This document shows, one piece after another, positions 10,281-22,352 of a stretch of 64,000 nucleotides of DNA (within the stretch, counting starts at the first letter, position 1; every line of letters starts with the position of its first letter). The DNA is from Octopus bimaculoides (Eukaryota), in assembly GCF_001194135.2 (NCBI RefSeq), contig NC_068984.1, positions 18,378,899 to 18,442,898 of the forward strand. Direction: 5' to 3'. The notes beneath the pieces were generated by a model, which saw nothing but the letters and a program-made list of their open reading frames with translations, made no database searches and was not told where the DNA came from. Made by a program: the position numbers and the translations under genes.

Positions 10281-11759
10281 TGTAGAAAGTATAACTGTGT
10301 GAGTGTGGCTATACTAGACATGTAACAAATGTTGATCTTTTACATGTAGTGATGGTGGTGTTAACTCTAGCAGATGATTATGAGGAAAACTGGTTTAATA
10401 TGACCAGTCTGTTAGAATACAGTCAACCTCACTAGTGATGGTGCTATGACAGAATGCACCCAACACACTCTGTAAGGCAGTGGGTGAATAAATTAAGACA
10501 ACAGAGGGTCCAGAGGGGCTTTGTTGAGGATATGGTGGCCTCTCTAGTACTGAGGACTGGTGTCATGATAAAATGCAACCACTACATTCTGTACAAACCA
10601 AGCCAAAAATCATATGTAGATGCAACATGTAGTCTTCCAGCTTGTCTAGAAAAGTAGTAAGTGTTAGTGACAGGAAGAGTATCCAGCAGTGAAACTATGT
10701 CTCATTAATATATTCATTTCACATTTGCTAGCATGGAAAGACAGATGTGAAAATGAATGAAGAAACAAACAAATGTGTGTGCACATCTAAATATGCATAT
10801 ATGTGTGTGTGTGTATATATATACATGTGTGTGTATCATCACCATTTACACCCACTTTTCCATGTTGAGGCAGATTTTTTACAGCTGAATGCTCTTCCTG
10901 TCACCAACGCTCACTTCTTTCTTTACATACATATCTTCTTGGGTATGTATGTGTGTGTGTATTTGTAAAGTATTTAGTGATTATTTTACATTTAAATATT
11001 ATTTCTTTTGATATTTTTCCATTTATAAATCAACTGTTACTTTTAAATGATCTTGTCATCTGTCAAGACTTAGTTTCCTTTCCATCACCAACCGAAATCT
11101 GAAACATTATCGCTTTATCCCCGGCCATAAAACTAAGAAACCATAAAGCTAAGAAACTAAGTTTAACATGTCAGTCTTTGCAAAATGTTCTGTTGTTACA
11201 TCCTATTTATCTTCTCTTGAAATAACTCTCTAAATGACTAAGTCCATCATCCACAGTGTTCTAGTTAAGACTAAATGACCAACCCATTATTTTTCTTCCC
11301 AGTTAAACATAGTAGTGAATATATTTGGCTTTTATTTCTAGTTGTTTTAGTGACCACATAGAAGCCCCTTTATCGGTGTGTGTTGAAAATATCTTTTTTT
11401 TTTTTTTTGACACATGGCTTTTTTGTAACACTTCATATGTTCCACTATTATCTCCCTTCTAAACCACCTCTCTAGACTACAGCTGCTATTGTTCAGTAAA
11501 GGTAATATTTCTGTTGTCATACATGTACAAATGTCACGATTGTCTGAACCTACCTGCCTCTATGTAAACACAGATTGATTTTCATACTCATCTTTCATCA
11601 ATTATTATGGATTTGGTGGAAATGCTGGTAGTGGGGTGTTAGTATATCACCTGTGCTTCTGCTTCTCATTCTGAAATACTGATATTAGAATTCCAGAAAG
11701 ACAAGCCAATGCCTCTCACTTTCCCTCTTCTCTCTCTCTCCCTCCCTCTCCATCTCCCT

Positions 11760-11790
<31 letters not shown>

Positions 11791-12454
11791 CATGAGCAAC
11801 ATTTATTCATGTATTCCAATTTCTGTTGACAATAAACACCAATATCGATATGTCATAAAGTTCCTAATATGTCTACCAATATGGTGTCATCTGACGTTAG
11901 TTACCATAGATACAGCAGAGATCTGAAGACTTATTCCATCAGAAGTGACCATTCTTTTATGTTTAAGGACGGAGTATATGGTTTTATTTTATTTTATGGG
12001 TCTAATTTGCTTTCCCAAATTGTCAATAATTGGAAAGGCTTTCATAGCTAATGCTTGGTACAACTGTAACTTCAACTTTAGTTGATGATAGTTAGGAATC
12101 AAATTGAAATATTAAATGCTTTTATCGTTACTAATGTTTATAATACTAATACATATTTGTTAATAATTCATTATAGTAGGTATATGTATATATATATATA
12201 TANNNNNNNNNNNNNNNNNNNNNNNNNNNNNNNNNNNNNNNNNNNNNNNNNNNNNNNNNNNNNNNNNNNNNNNNNNNNNNNNNNNNNNNNNNNNNNNNNN
12301 NNNNNNNNNNNNNNNNNNNNNNNNNNNNNNNNNNNNNNNNNNNNNNNNNNNNNNNNNNNNNNNNNNNNNNNNNNNNNNNNNNNNNNNNNNNNNNNNNNNN
12401 NNNNNNNNNNNNNNNNNNNNNNNNNNNNNNNNNNNNNNNNNNNNNNNNNNNNNN

Positions 12455-12467
12455 AAGAAGCCCGTTG

Positions 12468-12521
<54 letters not shown>

Positions 12522-13180
12522 TGTATTTGTGTATTTGTGTTTGTTCCCTCACCATCGCTTGACAACCGATGTTGGTGTGTTTATGTGCCTGTAACTTAGT
12601 GGTTCGTCAAAAGAAACTGATAGAATATGTACTAGCCTTACAAAGAATAAGTCCTGGGGTCAATTTGTTCGACTAAAAGCAATGCCCCAGCATGGCTGTT
12701 GTCAAGATGACTGAAACCAGTAAAAGAATAAAAGAATATATATATATATATAAATATGTCTTCTTTTTCTTTTATTCATATTAGTCTTTAGACTATGGTC
12801 ATGCTGGGGCACTACCTTGGAGAACTTTCAGTCAAATGAATTGTGCCCAGTACTTTTTTTTCTTTTTTGTTTAAACTTGGTACTTATTCTGTCTTCTCTT
12901 GTTTGCTGAACTGCTAAGTTACACATGTGTAAGCACAGCATCATCAGTTGTCAAGTAGGGGGTGGGGAACAGACATGTACACACACACACACACACATGT
13001 ACAACAAGCTTTTTTCAGTTTCCGTCTACTAAATCCACTCAGAAGGCTTTGGTCAGCCTGAGCAAAAGACATTTTCCCATGTGTCATGCAGTGGGACTGA
13101 ACCCAGAACCATGTGGTTGGAAAGTGAGCTTCTTACCACACAGCCACACACACACACACACACACATGCAACAAGCTAGT
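12455..13180. mobile_element. Two SINE family A copies facing tail to tail (+ strand 3' half 12455-12740; - strand copy ~12770-13145)
   Basis: Both match the family A body and tail in opposite orientations. The + copy begins immediately after an N gap. Confidence 0.75.
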
Positions 13181-14473
13181 TTGTTTCGGTCACCAAATCC
13201 ATTCTCTAGGCCTTAGTCTGACCACTTTTCTACAGCACTACACTGTAGGACTGAACCCAAAATGACATCTTGACATTCAGCCATACCTGCATCTGCATGT
13301 GTGTGTATGTGTGTTCCATTAATGCCATGTATGTCGTATCTGAAGTCTGCACATATAACCACTTCTTCAGGTGACAAAAAATTCATTATATCCAAATTAC
13401 ATCCAAATATATTGGAACAAAAAAATATACACCAGCAATTATTGAGAAGTTCTAACGAATAGTTGACTTTTTCCGATGAAATTATTATTTTTTTTACTTT
13501 GTTATTCTAATATATCATTTCAAATTGAAACCAGTAATTACTGGATATTTAATCTCTTGATCTTTACGTATTGATTGAACAGAAAGTATGTTATTATATT
13601 ACGGTTATTGCTAATGTTAGAGAGTAAACTGTAATGAAACCCATTAGTGTGAAATGGTGACGATGCTCAGTAAATTAAAGCTGAAAATTTATGTCTGGCT
13701 TTTGTGAGATTAGAAATAAAAAGGAATCAGTGAAACCTGATGAATTACTGTTGTTTAGACCCTGGGGCAAACCTGACTGTTGTGTCAACAAGTGTATGAA
13801 ATAAGGGCAAACAACTCCAGTGTTCGTTGCCAGGTTATCAATGCAGCTCTTCAGTTGAGAAATAGTATAAAAGATGATCAGAATGAACAGGGAGCCATTT
13901 TGAAGTGAGACTAAGAAGAAACAAGATTTGTGTTGATGTTTCAGCATGCATTCCTTGCAATTAAGCCCATTGAAGAATCTAACTCTAACCAGCAGAGGTA
14001 TAATCCAAGGTGTTTCATCCATAATAGACGCCCTCTTTTGCTCTTGTATTGCATATCGAGGACTGTTATCATAATACATCTTTCACTTCTGAAAGCATTT
14101 GGGTGTCATTTCTGGGAAATTTGGCTACTGTTTCTAGCAGATTCAGCAATTACTTAGAGCAGAGAAACTCTCAGCAACATTCCAATTTGGGACATGTTGA
14201 AAAACCCTAATAAAGCCCTTAAGCCTTAAAGCCAAAGTTGTAATTTAATAGAAGTTGCATAGTTATGAATTTGTAGAGAAAGCCAATCTCAAGTCACTGA
14301 GCCTTACGAAGGAGATAACAAAGAACTGAAATATTTGGTGCCTTGCTGTACTCAAGAAGACCTGTCCACCACAGCAGAATTGATACTGGCCTCGGTGCCA
14401 TGTAACGAGCACCCAATACACTCTGTAAAGTCGTTCGGAAGGGCCTCCAGCCATAGAAACCATGTCAGAACAT

Positions 14474-14707
14474 GGCAGCAAGCTGGCAGAAACGTTAGCG
14501 CACTGGACAAAATGCTTAGTGGTATTTCGTCTGCTGCTACGTTCTGAGTTCAAATTCCGCCAAGGTCAACTTTGCCTTTCATCCTTTCGGGGTCAATAAA
14601 TTAAGTACCAGTTACACACTGGGGGTCAATATAATCGACTTAATCCCTTTGTCTGTCCTTGTTTGTCCCCTCTATGTTTAGCCCCTTGTGGGCAATAAAG
14701 AAATAAG
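14474..14707 (+). mobile_element. SINE family B, full length, inserted into an older RTE-tail repeat, with a perfect 17-bp target-site duplication
   Basis: AAACCATGTCAGAACAT occurs at 14457-14473 and 14708-14724. The element has an A-box-like AGCTGGCAGAA and a B-box GAGTTCAAATTCC. The host repeat resumes after the TSD and ends in a GATGA tail at ~14825. Confidence 0.92.
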
Positions 14708-15122
14708 AAACCATGTCAGAACATCAATGGAACCTGGTGCAGCCCCATACTAGCTTCTGTCAACCTACCCAACCTATGCTAGCATGGAAAGCGGACATTA
14801 AATTATGATGAGGAGGAGGATGATACATCCATGTTTTTTCTCAGCAAACACACACACACACTTTTCACTACCTGGAATTCATCCATGAGATTAAAAAGGT
14901 TCCCCACCTCCAGTGTAGAATCTCTCTTGTTGGTGATGCTGTTTAACATTGATCATGCTTTATCCTACTTTCCTAAAAATAGGACTTTGAATACTGTGAA
15001 GAAGAACTTTGTCTTTGAGAAAAAAAGAAAGAAAAAAAAATGGACTTAGAAAAAATGTTTTAAATGAATAGAAATTATGAACAAATAAACATTTGTTCAT
15101 TCTTTATTTTTTTCTTTTCTAG

Positions 15123-15233
15123 AGCATGAAAGCACCTGACCTGAAAGATCGTCTTGAAGAATCTGAAAAACTTATCAAAGAAATGACAAAGACCTGGGAA
15201 GAGAAGTTAGCTGAAACTGAAAAAATACATCAA
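15123..15233 (+). CDS. KIF13: Kinesin-3 KIF13-like exon (NC-CC1 junction and CC1: SMKAPDLKDRLEESEKLIKEMTKTWEEKLAETEKIHQ)
   Basis: TTTCTTTTCTAG acceptor and GTAAGG donor at 15234. The exon is 111 nt, phase 0/0. It matches the KIF13-type LKDRLEESEKLI and TWEEKL motifs. Confidence 0.97.
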
Positions 15234-15607
15234 GTAAGGAAATAATTTATCTTCTTAGTTTCTGATTTTTATTTTTTTCTTCTCATCAGTACATATTTCT
15301 GACCTTCATAAGTAATAAATATATTTAAATATTTGGGAATCAAAAACCTTCAATTATATCTATCTATTTATCTATCTATCTCTTTGTCAATCTATCTATT
15401 TGTCTATCTGTCTGTTTATATAATTATAATGTTTAGACTAATAGGTAATGAACTAAAGTGTTGAATAAAACACTGGCACAGTTTAGGCTATCTGTTGTCA
15501 TCTGCAGTCATGGTATATTTTCGATGGACCTACTTAAGGTACTCTGTAGTGTCTGTTGGGGTAATTATATTAATTAACAAGCAGATGGATTTGATATTTG
15601 TACCACA

Positions 15608-15838
15608 TTTGTTTCAACCTGTCCTGCTATTGTCCTTTATGTGTTGGACTCTGTTCAATATGTTGTGTTGCATTTGGGTTTCATGATGTACATCCATAAA
15701 GTTGTGTTTCATTAAAGATCTTGAGACACAACTTTATGGATGTACCTGATGAGACCCAGACTGCAAAATGGATGCAACACAACATGTTGAACAGAGTCCA
15801 ACACATAAAGGACAATAGCAGGATGGGTTGAAGCAAAC
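15608..15838. repeat. Imperfect ~230-bp foldback (MITE-like hairpin)
   Basis: The arms include CCTGCTATTGTCCTTTATGTGTTGGACTCTGTTCAA and its reverse complement, plus GTACATCCATAAAGTTGTGT and ACACAACTTTATGGATGTAC. The loop is near 15712-15721. Confidence 0.88.
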
Positions 15839-15900
15839 ATTTTACAGAATAAAGTTTAACCCCAAATCCATTTTCTTGTTACTTAATATAATTATCTGTT

Positions 15901-16045
15901 TTGGACCTCAAGGTGGCAAAGAGGCTGAATTCCTTTTAAGCGTTGGGCCTCACAGAGGTAAAGTGGCTGAGTTCCTTTCGAGCGTTGGGCCTCATGGAGG
16001 CAAAGTGGCTGAGTTCCTTTTGAGCATTGGGCCTCACAGAGGCAA
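15901..16045 (+). repeat. 42-bp minisatellite, about 3.5 units
   Basis: Units start at 15901, 15943, 15985 and 16027, with a consensus near TTGGGCCTCACAGAGGCAAAGTGGCTGAGTTCCTTTTGAGCG. Confidence 0.9.
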
Positions 16046-16313
16046 TGAGTGAGACCTTTAGCATTATGTTGTGCTTGAGAAGAACCATCAAGCCAAGCAA
16101 AATTGCAGTCATGGCAGATACTGGTGTCACACAAATGGCACCCATGCCAGTGGCATGTAAAAGCACTCATTACACTCTCGGGGTGGTTGGCATTAGAAAA
16201 AGCATCCATAGAAAACCATGCCTAATCAGACTGGAGTCTGGTGCTTCCTTTCAGCTTACCACCATCCAACCCATGCCAGCATGGACAACAGACGTTAAAT
16301 GATGATGATGACG
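16046..16313 (+). mobile_element. RTE 3' end and 3' UTR fragment with (GAT)n tail
   Basis: Similar to the reverse complement of 56532-56860, and ends CAACCCATGCCAGCATGG...GTTAAATGATGATGATGA. Confidence 0.75.
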
Positions 16314-16394
16314 ATATATATGTATATATATANNNNNNNNNNNNNNNNNNNNNNNNNNNNNNNNNNNNNNNNNNNNNNNNNNNNNNNNNNNNNN

Positions 16395-16444
<50 letters not shown>

Positions 16445-16530
16445 ATATATATATAAAGGACCCCCTTCGGTCATGAATGACCATGGGATTGCACCTAGAG
16501 AGTTACTGTCAGAGGTATAAGTCCAGGCAA

Positions 16531-17072
16531 GATGTTTATGCCTCCATTCATCTTCTCACACAGCCTCTGACTCAATACGGAGGCCTACATCATGTGCTTG
16601 GAGGAGGTAGTACTGCTCTGGGTGAAGAGGGTGGCTGCTGGCAACAGGACTCTGCACCATGCCACACAAGCAGCAGAACCCAGTTGTGGCTGTCAGACAA
16701 TTTCTGCAACCACATCACCCCTAACATCTGGCCACCTAACTCCCCAGACTGCAACTCCCTTGATTAATATGTGTGGGGTGCAGTTGAGTGAGAGACCAAC
16801 AAAACTACTTGTAACACCAAAGATGAACTGAAGGCAAGGATTATGGCAGCATTGACCAACTTAAACAAGGAGACCATCCAAAAGAGTTGCAAGAGATTCT
16901 GAAGTCGTCTGGAGGCCATGGTTGAAGCCAATGGCAATTTTATTGAATAAATTTACTCTTTAGTATTTCAAGATATTTTTATGTAATTTTAGTAAATATT
17001 TCTGTTAAAATGGGATGTCAGTGTTATTTTCACTTTTGCGTAATTTAATCATCAGTTTATTTACTGCACCCT

Positions 17073-17073
<1 letters not shown>
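16531..17073 (+). mobile_element. 3' half of a maT-type (DD37D) transposon
   Basis: Translation gives MPPFIFSHSL*LNTEAYIMCLEEVV, then WQQDSAPCHT...WPPNSPDCNSLD, then YVWGAVE...RLEAMVEANGNFIE*. Exactly 37 residues lie between the second and third Asp. The right TIR ends ...TTTACTGCACCCTG, followed by TA at 17074-17075. Confidence 0.88.
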
Positions 17074-17115
<42 letters not shown>

Positions 17116-17505
17116 NNNNNNNNNNNNNNNNNNNNNNNNNNNNNNNNNNNNNNNNNNNNNNNNNNNNNNNNNNNNNNNNNNNNNNNNNNNNNNNNNNNNN
17201 NNNNNNNNNNNNNNNNNNNNNNNNNNNNNNNNNNNNNNNNNNNNNNNNNNNNNNNNNNNNNNNNNNNNNNNNNNNNNNNNNNNNNNNNNNNNNNNNNNNN
17301 NNNNNNNNNNNNNNNNNNNNNNNNNNNNNNNNNNNNNNNNNNNNNNNNNNNNNNNNNNNNNNNNNNNNNNNNNNNNNNNNNNNNNNNNNNNNNNNNNNNN
17401 NNNNNNNNNNNNNNNNNNNNNNNNNNNNNNNNNNNNNNNNNNNNNNNNNNNNNNNNNNNNNNNNNNNNNNNNNNNNNNNNNNNNNNNNNNNNNNNNNNNN
17501 NNNNN

Positions 17506-17547
<42 letters not shown>

Positions 17548-18094
17548 GTTGCGGCTGTATAATTGTTTATGTCTTGTAAAGTAAAAACCTCCTGACAAAT
17601 TTATTGTATGTCATGTAAGCATAGAATTCATGCATTCATAGAAATTATTATGAATGTTTAAAATTTTCTGAAAAAAATTCAACTTGGCAGAAGATTTAGT
17701 GAATGAATATGTTCCATAACCTAATATCTGTTTACATTCAAAATGTTGTATATGGAAATTCCATCGATGCAACACAACATCCTGTATAATTTTGATCATA
17801 TTTGTATATACAAAATGCAACATGTGTGTGTGTGTGTGTGCTATAGTGCTTAATAATGTAATGCATAGCTACAGCTATGCATGTTTAGAAAATTACTGAA
17901 AAATAATACATTGACTCTGTCAAAAATGCCACTGTATATTTTGAAACTAATGTTGGTTATGGCTATTATATTATGCAATCTTGACCTGTGTGACTATAGT
18001 TTTATGTGTGTGTGTGTGGATAGAAACATAAAAGCTTTGATATGCTTAGAAAGGTTGGAAGAAAGGGTGCAACAAAAGAAGAAAAGTATTAAAA

Positions 18095-18620
18095 TGCAAG
18101 GAGACTAGCTAGACTCGAGATGTACTTAGCATGGGAGAGGTTTGTATATGTTGTGAGATATTCTAGATTGCTTGGCAGTGGAGGAGAGAGAATAGAGATG
18201 TTGTCAAGGAGAAGTGTGTAATGAAATGATAATGGCACTCATGTGCTTACTGATGCTGAAAAAGAAAAGGTATGGAGATGCCGCTATGAGAGGCTGTTAA
18301 ATGTGGAGAATGCATATGAGTGAGAGTCTGCTCCCAGGTAGACTCAACAGAGGAACCAACCATCCAAGTTGACAGCATTATGGTAGATGAAGTGATTAAG
18401 GATACAATGGCTTGAATAGCAGTTTGTCTGTCAATCACTGATTTGATTAAAGTATCTGACAAAGTAGGGTTTGTCTTAGTCATCCAAATAGCCAATTGGG
18501 TAATACATGAAAGTATCATACCTGATGATTGCATAGAAACATCATCATACAAGAGATGTATTATTGGAGTGGAAATTGCAGAGATAGGAAGCTGTTGGAT
18601 CAGGTTATGAAACTTTTAGG
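18095..18620 (+). mobile_element. Decayed RTE LINE ORF fragment (linker and start of RT)
   Basis: With frameshifts it reads NDNGTHVLTDAEKEKVWRCRYERLLNVEN ... GNCRDRKLLDQVMKLL, resembling the RTE GNYRGIKLL motif region. Confidence 0.7.
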
Positions 18621-19004
18621 GAAAGAGCTATTACACAATCTCCTAATATAAAAATGGGCGTAGTGTTTTTATATATTTGAATGTATGTATATATTTGTCA
18701 AGAATCATGCCGGACATGGACGAGGAGAGAAAATAGTAATCCAGTGAAGGAGAAGTAGTGAGAGTAATAGCCCTGACTGAGAGGGAGTGAGAGAAAGGAA
18801 GGGGTGAAAAAAAATCAGCATTTCAACTCTGTGTGAGTATATGTGAGTGCATGTACAAGGGAAGAATATGAATGTTCTGTGCATGATTATTATGTACCTT
18901 ATTTTGTACCTTATTTATGTATAAAATACTATAATTAACCATCATTATTGACGGCACATGGTCACACACACACAGATTATATATATATATATATATATAC
19001 ATAA

Positions 19005-19392
19005 GAAGACCTGGCAAGCCACGTGAGATCATGGCTTATGCCAGTGTAGCATAACCGGCCCATTTAAGAGCACCCTTCAATTATTGGGCAATGAACTGTG
19101 CTTGCAAAGACCTGTTGAGTCAAGTGAAGTCATGGTCATGACCGATGTGACTAGCACCTGTGCCGGTGGCATGTAAAAAGCACCATTTGAGTGTGGTCGA
19201 TGCCAGTACCGCCTGACTGGCCCTCATGCCGGTGGCATGTAAAAACACTCACTAAGGAAGGGCATCCAGCTGTAGAAACCTTGCCAGATCAGATTGGAGC
19301 CTGGTGCAGCCTCCTGGCTTGCCAGTCCTTAGTCAAACTGACCAACCCATGCCAGCATGGAAAGCAGACATTAAACGGTGATGATGATGATA
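19005..19392 (+). mobile_element. RTE-tail repeat with internally duplicated GCCGGTGGCATGTAAAAA modules
   Basis: It ends ACCCATGCCAGCATGGAAAGCAGACATTAAACGGTGATGATGATGA and has two copies of the module at ~19162 and ~19228. Confidence 0.7.
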
Positions 19393-20307
19393 CAATGGGC
19401 TTTTTTCGGTTTTCATCTACAAAATTCACTCACAAGGCTTTGGTTGGCCCAAGGATATATTAGAAGGCACGTTCCCAAGGTAACACACAGGGGGAATTTT
19501 CCCAGAACCATGTGGTTGGGAAGCAAACTACTTACTACACAGCCACACCTGCACCTATACACATACACACACATATACACACACACATTGTTCCTCTTAA
19601 TCCACCATGAAGTTGACTGTATACATTCTTCTCTGGTTGGAAACTGACTGATGTGAATGGCCAACAGAAAGTGCTAATCAAACAAACACACATGTGAGAC
19701 CCGTATATGACTCACATAAATTAACATGTATTAGTATCAACGCTCTTCCTACGTGAAGTTCTATTGAACACTTTTTCATGTTTTCATACATACATATTTA
19801 ATGTGCGTGTGTGTTTGAGTATATTTAATGTGTGTATATATAATTTCAGTTTTTTATTCATTTTCTTTTGTCCATTATTAAGAATGGGCAAATGTGAGTG
19901 ATTTGATATTCAGATAAGCATCTAATTGAATATACCAACTATTGTCATGTATATTTTGCATAATATAAAAGTGGTTTATTCACATTCTTTTGCTTACTTT
20001 GTGTGTGTGTGTGTGTGTGTGTGTTAAATGCAAGAATTGCTAAATTATACAAAGAGGCTCTCTGAAATAAACTTATATTCTTATTTTCTATGCTTTATAT
20101 TTCACTGAAAGTCATAATGTTTGCTGCATTGTAATTTTTGAGATTACTACTCTCGTGTGTGTGTGTGTGGCTTTATGAAGTTTCTTTGCAAGTGTGTGCG
20201 CCAGGTTCAATGTAACTGTGCAATAGCTTCAGTTCTTGTCTTCTACCATACCCTTCAAAAGAACAACGTACTATCACTGGAATTTGGCCATTAGACACTG
20301 TGTAGAA

Positions 20308-20541
20308 AGCGGTGAGCTGGCAGAAGCGGTAGCATTTCGGGCGAAATGCTTAGCGGTGGTATTTCGTCTACCATTACGTTCTGAGTTCAAATTCCACCGA
20401 GGTCGACTTTGCCTTTCATCCTTTCGGGGTCGATAAATTAAGTACCAGTTATGCACTGGGGTCGATGTAATCAACTTAATCCCTTTGTCTGTCCTTGTTT
20501 GTCCCCTCTATGTTTAACCCCTTGTGGGCAATAAAGAAATA
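20308..20541 (+). mobile_element. SINE family B, full length, with a 15-bp target-site duplication
   Basis: AGACACTGTGTAGAA occurs at 20293-20307 and 20542-20556, and the body closely matches 14474-14707. Confidence 0.92.
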
Positions 20542-20650
20542 AGACACTGTGTAGAAGGCTGCTCTGTGTGTGTGTGTGTGTGTTATACATATTTTGCAGA
20601 CAATTTGCACTACTGGACGTTCTCCCCTCCATCAGCTAGCAATTGGATGA

Positions 20651-20721
<71 letters not shown>

Positions 20722-21489
20722 CTTACATATGTGTGTGATGTTGGCAGTATCAATCCTTCTAATAAGGCTGATAAGCATTAATGCTGTCAAGGAATGCCTG
20801 GCTTATTTTGCCCTGCACTCTATCATTGATGCAGCCACTGCAGTAAGCTGGGTCCAGTTGTAACAGCTCCAAAATATGCTGGTTTTCCATGGTTTACACT
20901 TCCGTAATAATTGTGTTTATCTTCTTGGCATTACTGCTGTTGTCTTGTCTTTGTGCAGCATACTAGGATGCTCAGGCCTTAGTTATACTACCAACCATTC
21001 TCTGCCAAAAGTGGTTTACCTATTGCCAAAACAAACTTCATCAATACATAGCCACCATATCAGTGACAATCAGCAGTTTACTCCACCCCTCACTCCTACC
21101 ATCTGATATTAGCCAGGGATAGATTAGAGCAGGGGTTTATTGACTGGGATCCATATGGCCCTTGGAGGTCTGTACAAGAATTTCTTGTTAAATCTATCTG
21201 CAATGAACTGCTTATACCTCTTCAGTACACAAAATATCTTTATTTTTTTTATATACTTCCTAATAATATTTAATTAGAATAATATAGTAGGATTTTTTTT
21301 TTTATATGCATCAAATGGCTATGGGGGTCCAATAGAGTAACATAGGAATCAAAGAGTCCATAGACGAGAAATGGTAGGGAGTATGGAACCCTTTCATAGA
21401 CCTTTTCCAAATTGATGACCGCTAGGTATAGTGACTCTCTCTTAGCTAAGTGTTTCTCCTGTAGTTGTCTCCCTCTAAAGAAGGCAGTA

Positions 21490-22250
21490 TTAGTTTCTCT
21501 TCCTAATCAAATGACCTATAACTCTTTCATAACATGATCTGATCCATCAACTTGATGCTTCCATACTTCCCCCCCCCCACACCTCTCTAGTGAATCTCCT
21601 TTGCCCTTAATGCAATTGACATGATGCTACTATGCTTGTCATCGAATATGAAATTTCCTTTTAGTATCTGATTGACAGTTCAAGTAACTATTACATGACC
21701 TATCTCACCAGATATTCTCAACATCTCAGCAACTTTACCCAACATTCCAGCTGCCTCCTCTACCTTCGTATTCCTAATTACACTTGTGTTCATAACACTG
21801 CCAACTTCTGTGACTAGTCCTTCTGTTAGGTTCACTAGATCCACACACACTCCCTCTCTCTCTCATGTATTCTCCTCATTCACCAATCTCTCCAAATAGC
21901 CCTTTTTCTCTTTAATGTCAGTAAGTACATATGCTGCCTTCATTCCCTACTACCCAACAACATCTCAATTGCCTCTGCTTCATTACCTTGCAGTTCTGAA
22001 GAACTACTACATTTCATTTATTATCATCATTTTTCCATTCTTGCTTATATTGGATGAGTCTTCTCCTGTACAGCCTCACATCTTCACTAGGATTGTGTGT
22101 GTGAGTCTGCCTCTGTGCTTAACTGAAAGCTTCGGGTTTCTTGTCCCCAAATCAAATTGTCATATTTTGTCCAAGGATCGGAGAGGTAGAACCATGAGTT
22201 TGGAAATCTGTAGTGCCAACTTCAATTCATATAATATTCCACCAATTGTA
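21490..22250 (-). mobile_element. Decayed RTE LINE ORF fragment
   Basis: Minus-strand translation gives YLERLVNEENT, KVAEMLRISGEIG and YGSIKLMDQIM, covering the same ORF region as 18095-18620. Confidence 0.68.
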
Positions 22251-22309
22251 TCAAATGCTCATTTTTACCTTCTTCATTACTCTATCCTCTCTCTCTCTCA
22301 CACACACAC

Positions 22310-22352
<43 letters not shown>

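Noticed and set aside
15745-15775. CTGATGA inside the foldback as a hammerhead core
   Set aside because: No stem II closure or downstream GAAAC is present.
15901-16045. Possible CRISPR array or coding repeat (GPHRGKVAEFLLSV)n
   Set aside because: The units are contiguous without unique spacers, the context is a eukaryotic intron, and there are no splice signals or cas genes.
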